From contig CADEFY010000007.1 of assembly GCA_902826705.1 (NCBI GenBank), forward strand, positions 1 to 25,210: a DNA stretch of 25,210 bases, given 5' to 3'. This document shows positions 1-8,479 of this stretch, piece by piece (the stretch's first letter is position 1; the number at the start of each line of letters is the position of its first letter). Made by a program: the position numbers and the translations under genes. The notes beneath the pieces are model-generated. The model was given only the letters and a program-made list of their open reading frames with translations, searched no databases and had not been told where the DNA came from. This DNA is from an uncultured bacterium. Lineage in GTDB: Bacteria; Eisenbacteria; RBG-16-71-46.

Positions 1-1965
1 GAACGGCGGGTTCTGCGTGCCCGCGTATTGCGTGTTGTCGAGCACCACGTAGTACACCCCCTTCGGCACGCGCACGACGCGCCGCTGCACCCGCGTGCCG
101 CCCGCCTCGAGCCGCGCCACGTAGATCCCGGCGGGCACGCGGCGACCGTCGTCGTCGCGGCCGTCCCAGTCCCACGCAAGCGCACCCGCGGCCTGTGGCG
201 CGTCGACCAGCGTGCGCACGCGGCGGCCCGTCACATCCTGCAGCGTGAGGCGCACGTGCATCGCGACGGGCAGCGTCGCGGCGAGCCGTGTGACGCCGCC
301 GCTCGGGTCGGGCGCGGGGCGTGCGAACGCGAGCGCGGCGGGCGCGGGCGGAGCGGTCGAGCCGATCGCGAACGCGCCGGAGACGCGCACGCCCTCGGCG
401 CCCGTGGCATCGCGCGACCGCACCCGCACGCGTGCCGCGCCGCTCGCGCCGGCGGCCACGCCCTGCCACTCGCCGAGGTTGGCGAGGCCGCTCGCGATCG
501 GGGACCAGGTCACGCCGTCGTCGAGTGAGAGGTCGATGTCGACCGAGGTCACCTCGGCGCTCGCACGCGGCCGCCAGCGCACGAGGAGCGGGTCGCCCAG
601 GGCCAGCCGTTCGCCACCCACGGGGGCGAGCAGCGTCTGGGCCGGCGTCACCCACACGTCGACCCGCACGCCGCCTCCCGGCGCATCGCGCAGGTGCTCG
701 ATCGCCACGCCGCTCGAGAGCGTCTCGGGCGACTTGGGGTCGTCGTCGGGGTGCAGCCGCGACGAGGGATTGCTGTTCGCATCCAGCACGGTCGCGGCGC
801 CGGGCACGAACAGGTCGCCTGCCGCGCCGGACTCGAGCGGGTCGGCCTCGAGCGGGTCGCGCCCGGTCACCGCGTCGGGCAGCCCCACGCGCCAGCGGCC
901 GCGCGCACTCTCCACGTCCCAGCGCAGCTCGCGCTCCGCCGAGTCGCGCAGCACGTGCCACACCAGCAGCCCGGCGCGGCCGTAGCGCACGTCGTAGGGC
1001 GTGGTGGCGCCATGCCACGCGAGCGCGAAGCGCTGGCGCGGGCGGCGCGTGACGACCTCCACGAGTTCGCCGCTCGCATCGAGTACGTCGGCCAGCTCCA
1101 GCCCCAGCGTGTCGCGGTCGATCACGCGCCGCGGCAGCCAGCCCCAGCGCGCCTGCATCAGCGCGCTGTAGGGCAGCAGCCCCTCCTCGCGCACCGCGGC
1201 GCCGTTCACGCCCGAGCGCATCAGGTCATAGCGCCCGAAGTTGACCCAGTCCTCGCCGGCGGCGTCGGAGCCCGGCGCGTGCGGCGTGGCGAGCAGGCGG
1301 TGCCCGAACTCGTGCGCCGCGAACGACGCCTGGATCGCATGGTCGCGACCTTCGGAGGCCAATGCGTAGCGCCGCTGCGTGGTGCCGCCGCCGGTGAGCC
1401 CGGGCACGTCGCCCTGGTTCAGCCCCAGGGCCGCGATGCCGCCGAACGGACAGGTGTCCTCGCAGCGCTCGCGGCTCGAGTTGTCCGTGCAGGCGAACGT
1501 GCACTGGTCGTGTACGACCCACACCTGGTCCACGTCGCGCCACACGTCGGGCTGTTCCACGGTCACCTGTGCGAGCACCTCGCGATTCGCCACCCAGTAG
1601 CGCGCGCCGTTCGGCCCCGCGTAGTCCGCCGCCGGCCGCGGCGCACGCCACGCGGAGTCCGGCGCTCCGGCCCGGCGCACGAGCCGGATGTCGGTGCGCC
1701 AGCGGCCGCGCGACTGCGTGGCCAGGAAGTGCGCGAGTTCAACGGCCAGCGAGTCGGCGTAGCCGGGCAGCAGGCCCGATCGCGAGTCGGGGAACGTCAC
1801 GAACACGATGCGGCCCACGAGCAGCGTGTCGCTGGGATCCACGTGCGTCTGCAGCGCGGCCTCGGCCGCGAGCGGCGAGCACGACTGCGACGGCGCGGAC
1901 CACGCCGCAGGAGCGGTGGCCAGCGTCGCGGCGATCGCGAGGGCGGTACGCATGCCGCGTGTCAT
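1..1965 (-). CDS. Secreted HEXXH zinc metallopeptidase-like protein with a FlgD-Ig-like C-terminal domain. Partial: the C-terminus runs off the window start.
   Basis: I translated the minus strand from the ATG at 1965 and got an open frame down to position 1. It is not in the ORF track because there is no in-window stop. The N-terminus MTRGMRTALAIAATLATAPAAWSA is signal-peptide-like. An HEFGH (HEXXH) motif is present. The C-terminal region (...RLAATLPVAMHVRLTLQDVTGRRVRTLVD...GIYVARLEAGGTRVQRRVVRV) resembles FlgD-Ig-like / T9SS-like C-terminal sorting domains. The start lies 4 nt after the stop of the upstream gene, consistent with an operon. Confidence 0.7.
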   Translation of the reverse strand, partial: MTRGMRTALAIAATLATAPAAWSAPSQSCSPLAAEAALQTHVDPSDTLLVGRIVFVTFPDSRSGLLPGYADSLAVELAHFLATQSRGRWRTDIRLVRRAGAPDSAWRAPRPAADYAGPNGARYWVANREVLAQVTVEQPDVWRDVDQVWVVHDQCTFACTDNSSRERCEDTCPFGGIAALGLNQGDVPGLTGGGTTQRRYALASEGRDHAIQASFAAHEFGHRLLATPHAPGSDAAGEDWVNFGRYDLMRSGVNGAAVREEGLLPYSALMQARWGWLPRRVIDRDTLGLELADVLDASGELVEVVTRRPRQRFALAWHGATTPYDVRYGRAGLLVWHVLRDSAERELRWDVESARGRWRVGLPDAVTGRDPLEADPLESGAAGDLFVPGAATVLDANSNPSSRLHPDDDPKSPETLSSGVAIEHLRDAPGGGVRVDVWVTPAQTLLAPVGGERLALGDPLLVRWRPRASAEVTSVDIDLSLDDGVTWSPIASGLANLGEWQGVAAGASGAARVRVRSRDATGAEGVRVSGAFAIGSTAPPAPAALAFARPAPDPSGGVTRLAATLPVAMHVRLTLQDVTGRRVRTLVDAPQAAGALAWDWDGRDDDGRRVPAGIYVARLEAGGTRVQRRVVRVPKGVYYVVLDNTQYAGTQNPPF

Positions 1966-1969
1966 GGGC

Positions 1970-3001
1970 TCACTTCCCCAACGCGACGCTGGTGCCCAGC
2001 AGCAGATGGTCGCCGGCCAGGATCGTCGCGGACTCGCTGTGGCTCCAGAGTCGCGCCTGGTAGAGCGCCAGCACCGACAATCCGGGCAGCACCTCCACCG
2101 ACACGCCGGGGGTGAGGAACAGCGATCGCGAGCCCGAATGCAGCGACTCCCCATGCGACACGGCCTCGCCTGCTGCAGCATGCTCGCGGGCCTCGTCGGC
2201 GCCATGCGCGGCCCAGTTGAGCTGCGCGAGCAGCGTGACGCGTGGCGCCACCGCGACGCCGGTGGCGAGCGCGGCCTGCAGCTCCTCGCCCATGCGGTAG
2301 TCGTCGGTGCCGAGGCCGTTCCAGCGCATGAGCACGCTGGCCGAGACCGGCAGCGCACGCGACCACGGCAGCGCCTGCGACACGACCGCACCGGCGAGCC
2401 AGTCGGTGGAGCCGCTGCCCGGCCGCGCCGCGGGCTCGAGGTGCGACTCGAACCCGAAGTTGCTGCGCTCCTGATCGGGCACGTGCTGCCGGCCCGTGGG
2501 CAGCTTGACGCCACCCTGCAGCGTGACGCGCGGCAGCCTGGGGCGCTGCAGTGCGCCGCACTGCGCGAGCAGCGTGGCGTCGCCCAGTCCCTGGTACTCG
2601 AACGTGTCGAGGAACCGCGCGTCGTAGCGCGGTACGTGGCGCAGCCAGTGCCGATGCTCGCGCTTCAGGTAGGGGAGCGAGGCCGACAGCGTCCACCGCG
2701 CATTGAGGCGCATGAGCCCTTCGGCCACCCACGACCGCGTCCGCGTGTACAGCTCCACCTCGCCGTGTGCCTCGGACTCGGCGATGAGCGCCTCGAGCGT
2801 GGTGGCCGCGGATCCGTTCCACAGCCGGTCCTGCGTGACCTCCTGGTAGCGCAGGTCGAACGTGAAGCGGCCGCTCGTGGCGCCGGCCCGCACGATCGGG
2901 CAACCCTCGGCGCCGCAGGTCGCATGCAGCGGAGCCGCCGCGAGTGCGCTGAGCAGCAGCGCGCCGCCCGCGGCGCACCACGCGCGCACGCGCGCGATCA
3001 C
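1970..3001 (-). CDS. Predicted exported protein, possibly an outer-membrane beta-barrel. Hypothetical.
   Basis: ORF 1970..3001 has a GTG start that overlaps the upstream stop (shared at 2998-3001). The N-terminus MIARVRAWCAAGGALLLSALAAAPLHA is a signal peptide. The mature region is Gly/Ser/Leu-rich with alternating hydrophobic stretches. No catalytic motif was recognised, so the function call is weak. Confidence 0.6.
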   Translation of the reverse strand: MIARVRAWCAAGGALLLSALAAAPLHATCGAEGCPIVRAGATSGRFTFDLRYQEVTQDRLWNGSAATTLEALIAESEAHGEVELYTRTRSWVAEGLMRLNARWTLSASLPYLKREHRHWLRHVPRYDARFLDTFEYQGLGDATLLAQCGALQRPRLPRVTLQGGVKLPTGRQHVPDQERSNFGFESHLEPAARPGSGSTDWLAGAVVSQALPWSRALPVSASVLMRWNGLGTDDYRMGEELQAALATGVAVAPRVTLLAQLNWAAHGADEAREHAAAGEAVSHGESLHSGSRSLFLTPGVSVEVLPGLSVLALYQARLWSHSESATILAGDHLLLGTSVALGK

Positions 3002-3852
3002 GGCAGCAGGATGCAGCGCCGCACCACCCGCTCGCCGCCCGAGACGACGGACACGAAGTGCAGCCCCGCGCCGGCGCGCAGCGCGCGAGGCGCGAGGCGC
3101 ACTTCGTGCGCACCGGCGGCGAACTCGCCGGCGGCCAGCTCCGCGACCTCGCGCCCCTGCACGTCATGCAGCGCGATGCGCGCGTGCGCGGCGCTCGGCA
3201 GCGTGAACGCGATGCGCGACTCGGTGCGCACGGGGTCGGGCGCGATCGGCGCGAGCGCCAGGTGCGGCGCGGTCGGCGGCACGGCCATCGACAGCAACTC
3301 CACGGCCGCGTCGTCGATCGCGGGACCCCAGGGGCTGGCGTCGAGGCTCGTGAACCGGATCACGGTGCTCGTGCTCGTGGCGGTGAACTCGAGGCTCCGC
3401 AGCTCCCAGCCCATGTCCCAGTGCCACGCCTCGGTGTTGTCGAACGTGAACTCCTGCTGGGCCGGCCCCGCCTGCACGCGCAGGTGCTTGATCGTCGGGC
3501 TCGAGAACGGCTCGCCCGACTGCCAGAACGTCAGCCGGTAGCTCGCGCCCACGGCGGTGCCGAACGCCTGCTCGATGCTGCCCGGGCCGCTGCTGCACAG
3601 GGCCAAACTGCGCGCACCGACCTTGGGGGACCAGTAGTTGTCGGTCACGATCGTCACCGCGCCCGCGGTCACGGTCCAGCCGGTGAGCGCCGTGTTCCCG
3701 GGCGCCACAGCCTGCACCGCCTGCTGCAGCGGGATCACCGGCCCCTGCTCGAAACCGCCGTTGGTCAGGAGCTGGGCGTGCGCGCCGGGCGCCGCGCAGA
3801 CGAGGATCGCGACGAGGCGGCCGGGCAGGACGAGGCGAGCGAGGGTTCTCAT
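2998..3852 (-). CDS. Secreted DUF642-like protein with a C-terminal FlgD-Ig-like domain
   Basis: An internal ATG at 3852 gives MRTLARLVLPGRLVAILVCAAPGAHA, a signal peptide. This is followed by QLLTNGGFEQG, the characteristic start of DUF642 / choice-of-anchor C type domains. The C-terminal roughly 80 aa (PIAPDPVRTESRIAFTLPSAAHARIALHDVQGREVAELAAGEF...HFVSVVSGGERVVRRCILLP) are FlgD-Ig-like. The 45-codon N-terminal extension in the ORF track (start 3987) was rejected because it has no SD and precedes the signal peptide. Confidence 0.7.
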   Translation of the reverse strand: MRTLARLVLPGRLVAILVCAAPGAHAQLLTNGGFEQGPVIPLQQAVQAVAPGNTALTGWTVTAGAVTIVTDNYWSPKVGARSLALCSSGPGSIEQAFGTAVGASYRLTFWQSGEPFSSPTIKHLRVQAGPAQQEFTFDNTEAWHWDMGWELRSLEFTATSTSTVIRFTSLDASPWGPAIDDAAVELLSMAVPPTAPHLALAPIAPDPVRTESRIAFTLPSAAHARIALHDVQGREVAELAAGEFAAGAHEVRLAPRALRAGAGLHFVSVVSGGERVVRRCILLP

Positions 3853-4147
3853 GTCGGGCCTCTGGTTCGTCGGGGCGAGTCGGAGGGCGCGCGCGGCCGC
3901 GCCCGGAGAGGCTAGCACCGGCGTGCCCGCGACGCTGCGATGAAGCGCCTCCGGGGGGCTCGGGGCGCTCCCGAGGTTCAGCGGCATCGGACGAACGCGG
4001 CGGGGAGCGGCCCTCGGGACGATGGAAAGCCATTGTAAAGTGCCACCCGGAAGTCCATGCTATGGGGGAGCTTGGTCGCATCACGGGCTCTCCCGGTGGC
4101 CGCCGACCGGCTGCCGGACTCACCCGCTCTGTCACGGAGGAATCCCC

Positions 4148-4897
4148 ATGAAGCGTCGTTACGCGTCGGTCCTGGCCTGTGGTCTCGCCGGTGTCCTCGC
4201 CTCCACGGCCGCGTTCGCCGGCCCCAAGCCGTTCGGTGAAGTGAGCACGCTGTCGGGCGAGCCCATGCAGCGCATCAACACGCTCGGCGTCGAGAGCGCC
4301 AACGCCACGTGCACGCTGGGTGTGCTGGGCGCGCCGGCGTTCTTCTTCAACTACCTGCTGCCTCCCAACGACGCCTACTACACCAAGATCAGCAGCGCGG
4401 ACTGCTCGGCATGCACGAGCCCCGGCGGGATCGAGGTGGTGTCCGCGGACATCTTCCTCAACTTCCGCGTCAACTGCACGATCCCGGTGCGTGTGGCGCT
4501 GGTGGGTGCGCAGGGTGATGCGGGTTGCCGCACGCCGGACCCGAACAACCTGCTGTGCGCGCCGATCACCTACAACCTCAGCCCGGGCGCTGCGGGCAAC
4601 TTCATCTTCACGATGCCGCTGCCGGCGGGCTGCTGCGTGTCGGGCGACGCGTTCGTCGAGATCACGTTCCTGGCCAACGGCGCGGGCTGCAGCACCAGCA
4701 CGACGATCCCCCGTCTGATCACCACCGCCACGTGCGACCCGTGCACGCAGTACAACATCTACCCGGGTGGCAATGACGAGTGGTGCAGCGTGCTGCCCCC
4801 CGGCAACTTCGTCGTGACGGCCGCGGCGAACTGCTGCAACATCGTGCCCGCGCTGCCGAAGAGCTGGGGCCAGCTGCGCATGATGTACCGCAGCTGA
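4148..4897 (+). CDS. Secreted cysteine-rich protein (14 Cys in the mature chain) with a C-terminal ...SWGQLRMMYRS tail
   Basis: The internal ATG at 4148 is preceded by GGAGG (4137-4141). MKRRYASVLACGLAGVLASTAAFAG is a Sec signal peptide. The mature protein has 14 cysteines, including two CC pairs. No known domain was recognised. The ORF-track start at 4022 was rejected because its N-terminal extension has no signal or SD logic. Confidence 0.75.
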   Translation: MKRRYASVLACGLAGVLASTAAFAGPKPFGEVSTLSGEPMQRINTLGVESANATCTLGVLGAPAFFFNYLLPPNDAYYTKISSADCSACTSPGGIEVVSADIFLNFRVNCTIPVRVALVGAQGDAGCRTPDPNNLLCAPITYNLSPGAAGNFIFTMPLPAGCCVSGDAFVEITFLANGAGCSTSTTIPRLITTATCDPCTQYNIYPGGNDEWCSVLPPGNFVVTAAANCCNIVPALPKSWGQLRMMYRS

Positions 4898-4927
4898 TCC
4901 ACACGCCGCACGGACGTCTCGCTTCGC

Positions 4928-4968
4928 GACCGGGGCCCTCGAGAGGGGGCCCCGGTCGTCGTTTGTGG
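4928..4968 (+). terminator. Rho-independent terminator candidate
   Basis: The 11-bp GC-rich stem is gaccggggccc...gggccccggtc, followed by gtcgtttgtgg (T-rich). It sits 30 nt downstream of the 4897 stop. Confidence 0.55.
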
Positions 4969-5195
4969 CAGGCTGTGCCGCGCCTCGATGCGGGGTGAGG
5001 GCGTGCTGCTCGGAGTTCAGTCAGACTGTCCGCCTTGCGGCGATCCCACTACAAAGCGTGGCTCGCACCCGGTTCCTCGCGGTATGATCGCACCACGGTG
5101 CACGTCCCCATCGCATCGCGCTGCATCCGGCCGGTCCGTTCGCCGTTCCCCTCGGTGAGCGAACCCTCGTTCCGTGGACTCTCTGGAGGCGCCCC

Positions 5196-5984
5196 ATGAT
5201 CCGAATGCGACCCCTCGCCGCTCTCGTCCTCGCGCTCGCGCTCTCGGCTCCGGCCGCGTCGGCGCAGGTGCCCATCATCGTGGGCGCCAGTTGGGATGGA
5301 CCGGCCAACAGCCTGCAGAACATCCTCGACGCCGAGTACGGCCCCGGCGTGATCGATGTGCTCACCGACTACATCGGCGCCAACGCCAGCGATCCGGATC
5401 CGTTCTACTGGACCGACGGCGGCTTCACGGCGCTGATCATCCGCGAGGTGGCGGGCAACGAGAACAGCAACGTGATCGGCTGGTACAAGGAGACCGGTTC
5501 GGCGCCGGTCATCGACGGCATCGATGACGGTGTGGTGTTCACCGGCCCGTACAACGCCTCCAACCCGCCGGTCGTCGTGGCGCTCTCGAGCGTGCAGAAC
5601 TTCGGGTTCTACATGAACCCCAACGGCCCGGGCTCGGCCACCAATGCACCGGAGCCGGAACTGTTCTACACGAACCGCTTCTACAACGACATCGGGCCCA
5701 ATGGCTCGGGCGCGATCCACGTGCCGCTCGACGGCGATGTGCAGGCGCTGGTGTTCGACCTCTCCGCGATCCGCGGCCCCAACACGTGGCTCGTGTGCTT
5801 CGAGGACCTCGACGCCGGCTCCACGATCTCGGCGGTGTGCTGCGCAGCCGACGGCCTCACGCCTCCGGGCGGCACCGGCAACACCGATGATGACTACAAC
5901 GACCTCGTGTTCGAGGTCACGGCGACCGGTGTCACGCCGGTGCAGCCGGTCACCATGGGTGCGATCAAGCGCACGTACCGCTAG
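5196..5984 (+). CDS. Secreted protein with a DUF4114-like C-terminal region (DDDYNDLVF motif) and a ...MGAIKRTYR tail
   Basis: GGAGG lies at 5185-5189 before the ATG at 5196. MIRMRPLAALVLALALSAPAASAQ is a signal peptide. The D-D-D-Y-N-D-L motif near the C-terminus is, as I recall, characteristic of DUF4114 (PF13448). Confidence 0.75.
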   Translation: MIRMRPLAALVLALALSAPAASAQVPIIVGASWDGPANSLQNILDAEYGPGVIDVLTDYIGANASDPDPFYWTDGGFTALIIREVAGNENSNVIGWYKETGSAPVIDGIDDGVVFTGPYNASNPPVVVALSSVQNFGFYMNPNGPGSATNAPEPELFYTNRFYNDIGPNGSGAIHVPLDGDVQALVFDLSAIRGPNTWLVCFEDLDAGSTISAVCCAADGLTPPGGTGNTDDDYNDLVFEVTATGVTPVQPVTMGAIKRTYR

Positions 5985-6002
5985 ACGCGCGCCGGCAGCA
6001 CG

Positions 6003-6032
6003 ACGCCCCGGGGAGCCTGCGCTCCCCGGGGC
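6003..6032. terminator. Bidirectional hairpin between convergent genes
   Basis: The 13-bp perfect stem is cgccccggggagc / gctccccggggcg with a 4-nt loop. It lies between the + gene ending at 5984 and the - gene ending at 6058. The flanking T tract is weak, as is common in GC-rich genomes. Confidence 0.45.
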
Positions 6033-6057
6033 GTTCGCATGCGCGCGTGCTCGCGCG

Positions 6058-6846
6058 CTACTGCCCGCCGAGGATCAGCGGCAGACCGTCCTTGCCGGCG
6101 CCCACCACGACCACCTTGCTGTTCGCCGACTTGGCCAGCTCCGAGGTGGCTTCGATGCCCTTCCAGCGCAGGAGCTGGTCGGTCAGGCCGGCGCTGACGA
6201 TGCGCTGGTAGTCGGCCACACCCTGCGCCTCGATGCGCTTGCGCTCGGCCTCGGACCGCTCCTTGCGCAGCACGAACTCCATCTGCTGGGCCTGCTGGTC
6301 GGCCGCGAGCTTGGCCTGCACGGCGTCGGCCACCTGGTCGGGCAGCGACAGGCCGCGCAGCAGCACGGCCTCCACGTCGACGCCGCGCGACTTCATGCGC
6401 GACCGGAGCTCGTCGGACATGCGCGTGGTGACCTGGTTGCGGCGCTCGGAGTAGAGGTCCGAGGCCGGGAACCCCGCCGTCACGTCGCGGATCGACGAGC
6501 GGAACTCCGGCTTGAGCACGTTCTCCACGATGCCGTCCACGCCGCCGTAGCGCGCGTAGATCTCCTGTGCGAACTCGGGCTGCACATGGAACACGATGCT
6601 CACATCGAGCCCGACCACCAGCCCCTCGCTGGTGGGCGTCTGCGTCTTCTCCTCGATCGACAGGGTGCGGCAGTTGATCCGGTGCACGCCCTGCCAGGGC
6701 ATCCACAGGTGCAGCCCGGGCGACCAACTGCCCTTCTGCACCGCGCCGAACACCTCGACGACGCCGACGTGCTGGGCCGGCACGGCCGCGCAGCCGGCCG
6801 AGCCGAGGGCGAGGAGCGCGCAGAGCGCGACGATCGGGAGACGCAT
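6058..6846 (-). CDS. SPFH/band-7 (prohibitin/HflC-like) family lipoprotein
   Basis: The internal ATG at 6846 has GGAGG upstream. MRLPIVALCALLALGSAGC is a lipoprotein signal with a lipobox Cys. The body is SPFH-like (…VVGLDVSIVFHVQPE…, coiled-coil, Ala/Gln-rich C-terminal part). Confidence 0.7.
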   Translation of the reverse strand: MRLPIVALCALLALGSAGCAAVPAQHVGVVEVFGAVQKGSWSPGLHLWMPWQGVHRINCRTLSIEEKTQTPTSEGLVVGLDVSIVFHVQPEFAQEIYARYGGVDGIVENVLKPEFRSSIRDVTAGFPASDLYSERRNQVTTRMSDELRSRMKSRGVDVEAVLLRGLSLPDQVADAVQAKLAADQQAQQMEFVLRKERSEAERKRIEAQGVADYQRIVSAGLTDQLLRWKGIEATSELAKSANSKVVVVGAGKDGLPLILGGQ

Positions 6847-6942
6847 GACGGACCTCCGGTGGGGAGTGGGCAGGGGGCGTGAGCGAGGCATCACGCCGCG
6901 ACTGTGGTGGCGCGCGCGGGTCCGGGCAAGTCGGCGATCCGG

Positions 6943-7395
6943 CTATCCGGCGACGCCACGGTCGCGCAGGCACATCATGGTCCCGCCCAACGTCGCCACC
7001 AGCCGCTCCGTGCCGGCGCGCTGCATGAACCCCTCGGCGCGCGTCACGGTGATCGTGCGCCCGGGCTTCACGACTCGCGCGCGCGCCACGAACGTGTCGC
7101 CCTCGGCCGGCGCGAGCAGGTCGAGCTTGAACTCCACGCTGAGCACGCCCGCATCCTCCGGCATGAGCGTGTACGCGGCGTAGCCGCACGCGGAGTCGAG
7201 CACACTGGCCAGCGCGCCTGCGTGCAGGTAGCCGTGCTGCTGGGTGAGGCGGGCGTCGAACGGCATCGAGAGCTCGACCTCGCCCGGCTCCACGCGCACG
7301 AGGCGCACGCCGAGGGTGGTCATGAAGTGCTGCTTCGCGAGGCTCGCGCGCACGCGTTCGCGGAAGTCGGACGTGGGGCTTGGAGTGGGAGGCAT
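6943..7395 (-). CDS. Hotdog-fold thioesterase (PaaI / DUF4442-like)
   Basis: The ORF is 6943..7440. I placed the start at the internal ATG at 7395 (MPPTPSPTSDFRE...). The sequence pattern (…QHGYLHAGALASVLDSACGYAAY…VEFKLDLLAPAEGDTFVARARVVKPGRTITV) is typical of PaaI-type thioesterases. Confidence 0.65.
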   Translation of the reverse strand: MPPTPSPTSDFRERVRASLAKQHFMTTLGVRLVRVEPGEVELSMPFDARLTQQHGYLHAGALASVLDSACGYAAYTLMPEDAGVLSVEFKLDLLAPAEGDTFVARARVVKPGRTITVTRAEGFMQRAGTERLVATLGGTMMCLRDRGVAG

Positions 7396-7534
7396 CGGCA
7401 GGTCTCCAGGGGGTCGGTGCCCGCAGTGTCGCATGCCCACGCCGGACGCGCGCTAGCCCGGACTATTCATGAACCGCCAGCCGAGAGAGACAGATGCAGT
7501 GCGGCCACAAGGCGCGCGAGCGTGCCGCACCGGA

Positions 7535-7554
7535 GGCGTGTCGGATGACACGCC
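7535..7554. promoter_or_regulatory. Perfect inverted repeat GGCGTGTC-ggat-GACACGCC in a divergent intergenic region. Candidate operator.
   Basis: I saw this directly in the sequence. It has 8-bp arms and a 4-bp spacer, and is flanked by cggag/gagga. It lies in the 251-bp region between the divergent thioesterase (-) and glyoxalase-like (+) genes. Confidence 0.35.
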
Positions 7555-7646
7555 GAGGAGCGCCACGGTCGTGCAACGCAGTGGACGTGCTGCAGGTGGC
7601 GCTCGGAGGCGGCGGGCTCAGGATTAGTCTGGGCTAGACTTGGCGC

Positions 7647-8426
7647 ATGTCACTCCTCTTCGACCATGCTGTGGTGGTGGTGCCCTCGCTCGCCGAGGCC
7701 GTGGCCGCGTTCCGCGAAGCGGGCTTCACGGTCACGCCGGGCGGCCGCCACGAGGCGATCCCCACCGAGAACGCGCTGGTCGTGTTCGCCGACGGCACCT
7801 ACCTCGAGCTGCTGGCGGCGCGCGATCCGGAGGCGCGGGCGCTGCTGCGCGAGCAGGCGGCCGCGCCCGACTGGGACCGCCGCATGCATGCGGCCACGGC
7901 GCTCGGGCGACGCTTCCTGCCACTGCTCGCGGGGCGCGATGGCGTGGCCGACCTGGTCGTGCACGGCGCGCCGCTGACGCGGCTGGCGCGGGAGGCGCGC
8001 ACGCGCGGCCACGTGCTGACCGGGCCGACTCCCATGCAGCGCACGCGACCCGACGGCGTGGTCCTGTCGTGGCAGCTCCTGCTGCCGCACGCGCCCGAGG
8101 CGCCGTTCCTGATCGAGGACGTCACCGCGCGCACGCTGCGCGTGCCCGACGCCGCCGCGGCCACGACGCACCCCAACGGCGCGCGAGGCATAGGGTGGGC
8201 GAGCGTGCGCGTGCCGGACGTGCCCGCCACGGCGCTCGCGTGGGCGGACCTCTATGGCTGGGCACCGCGCCTCGACGCCGAGGGCGCCACGCACTTCATG
8301 CTCGGGAGCGCGAGGCTCGTGCTCGTCCCCGGCGCACCGGCCGGCGCCTGCGAGGTGGGCGTGCTCGGCGTGCCGGCGCTGACCGCGCGGCTCCTCGACT
8401 GGGGGCTGCGCTCGCACGCGCGTTGA
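7647..8426 (+). CDS. Glyoxalase-like / VOC-superfamily protein (Glyoxalase_3-type)
   Basis: MSLLFDHAVVVVPSLAEAVAAFREAGFTVTPGGRHEAIPTENALVVFADGTYLELLAARDPE matches the N-terminal pattern of PF13468-type glyoxalase-like proteins. Confidence 0.65.
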   Translation: MSLLFDHAVVVVPSLAEAVAAFREAGFTVTPGGRHEAIPTENALVVFADGTYLELLAARDPEARALLREQAAAPDWDRRMHAATALGRRFLPLLAGRDGVADLVVHGAPLTRLAREARTRGHVLTGPTPMQRTRPDGVVLSWQLLLPHAPEAPFLIEDVTARTLRVPDAAAATTHPNGARGIGWASVRVPDVPATALAWADLYGWAPRLDAEGATHFMLGSARLVLVPGAPAGACEVGVLGVPALTARLLDWGLRSHAR

Positions 8427-8479
8427 CGCGCCTCGGCTTTCCGATAGGCTCGCGGACGGCGTCGCACCCGGAGGGACCC

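Noticed and set aside
694-3541. Long + strand ORFs (694..2115, 1569..2063, 1808..3541) and other Arg/Ala/Pro-rich ORFs throughout the track (e.g. 321..1052, 10552..11616 -, 14230..16275 -, 16291..17331 -, 19201..21156 +, 21504..23147 +)
   Set aside because: Their composition is typical of out-of-frame or antisense translation in very GC-rich DNA. They have no signal, motif or SD logic. Each overlaps a gene with clear family signatures on the other strand or frame.
4022-4147. Track start at 4022 for the Cys-rich protein (MESHCKVPPG...)
   Set aside because: The 42-aa extension precedes a perfect Sec signal that has its own ATG and GGAGG. Region 4021-4068 is relatively AT-rich and more likely promoter or 5'UTR.
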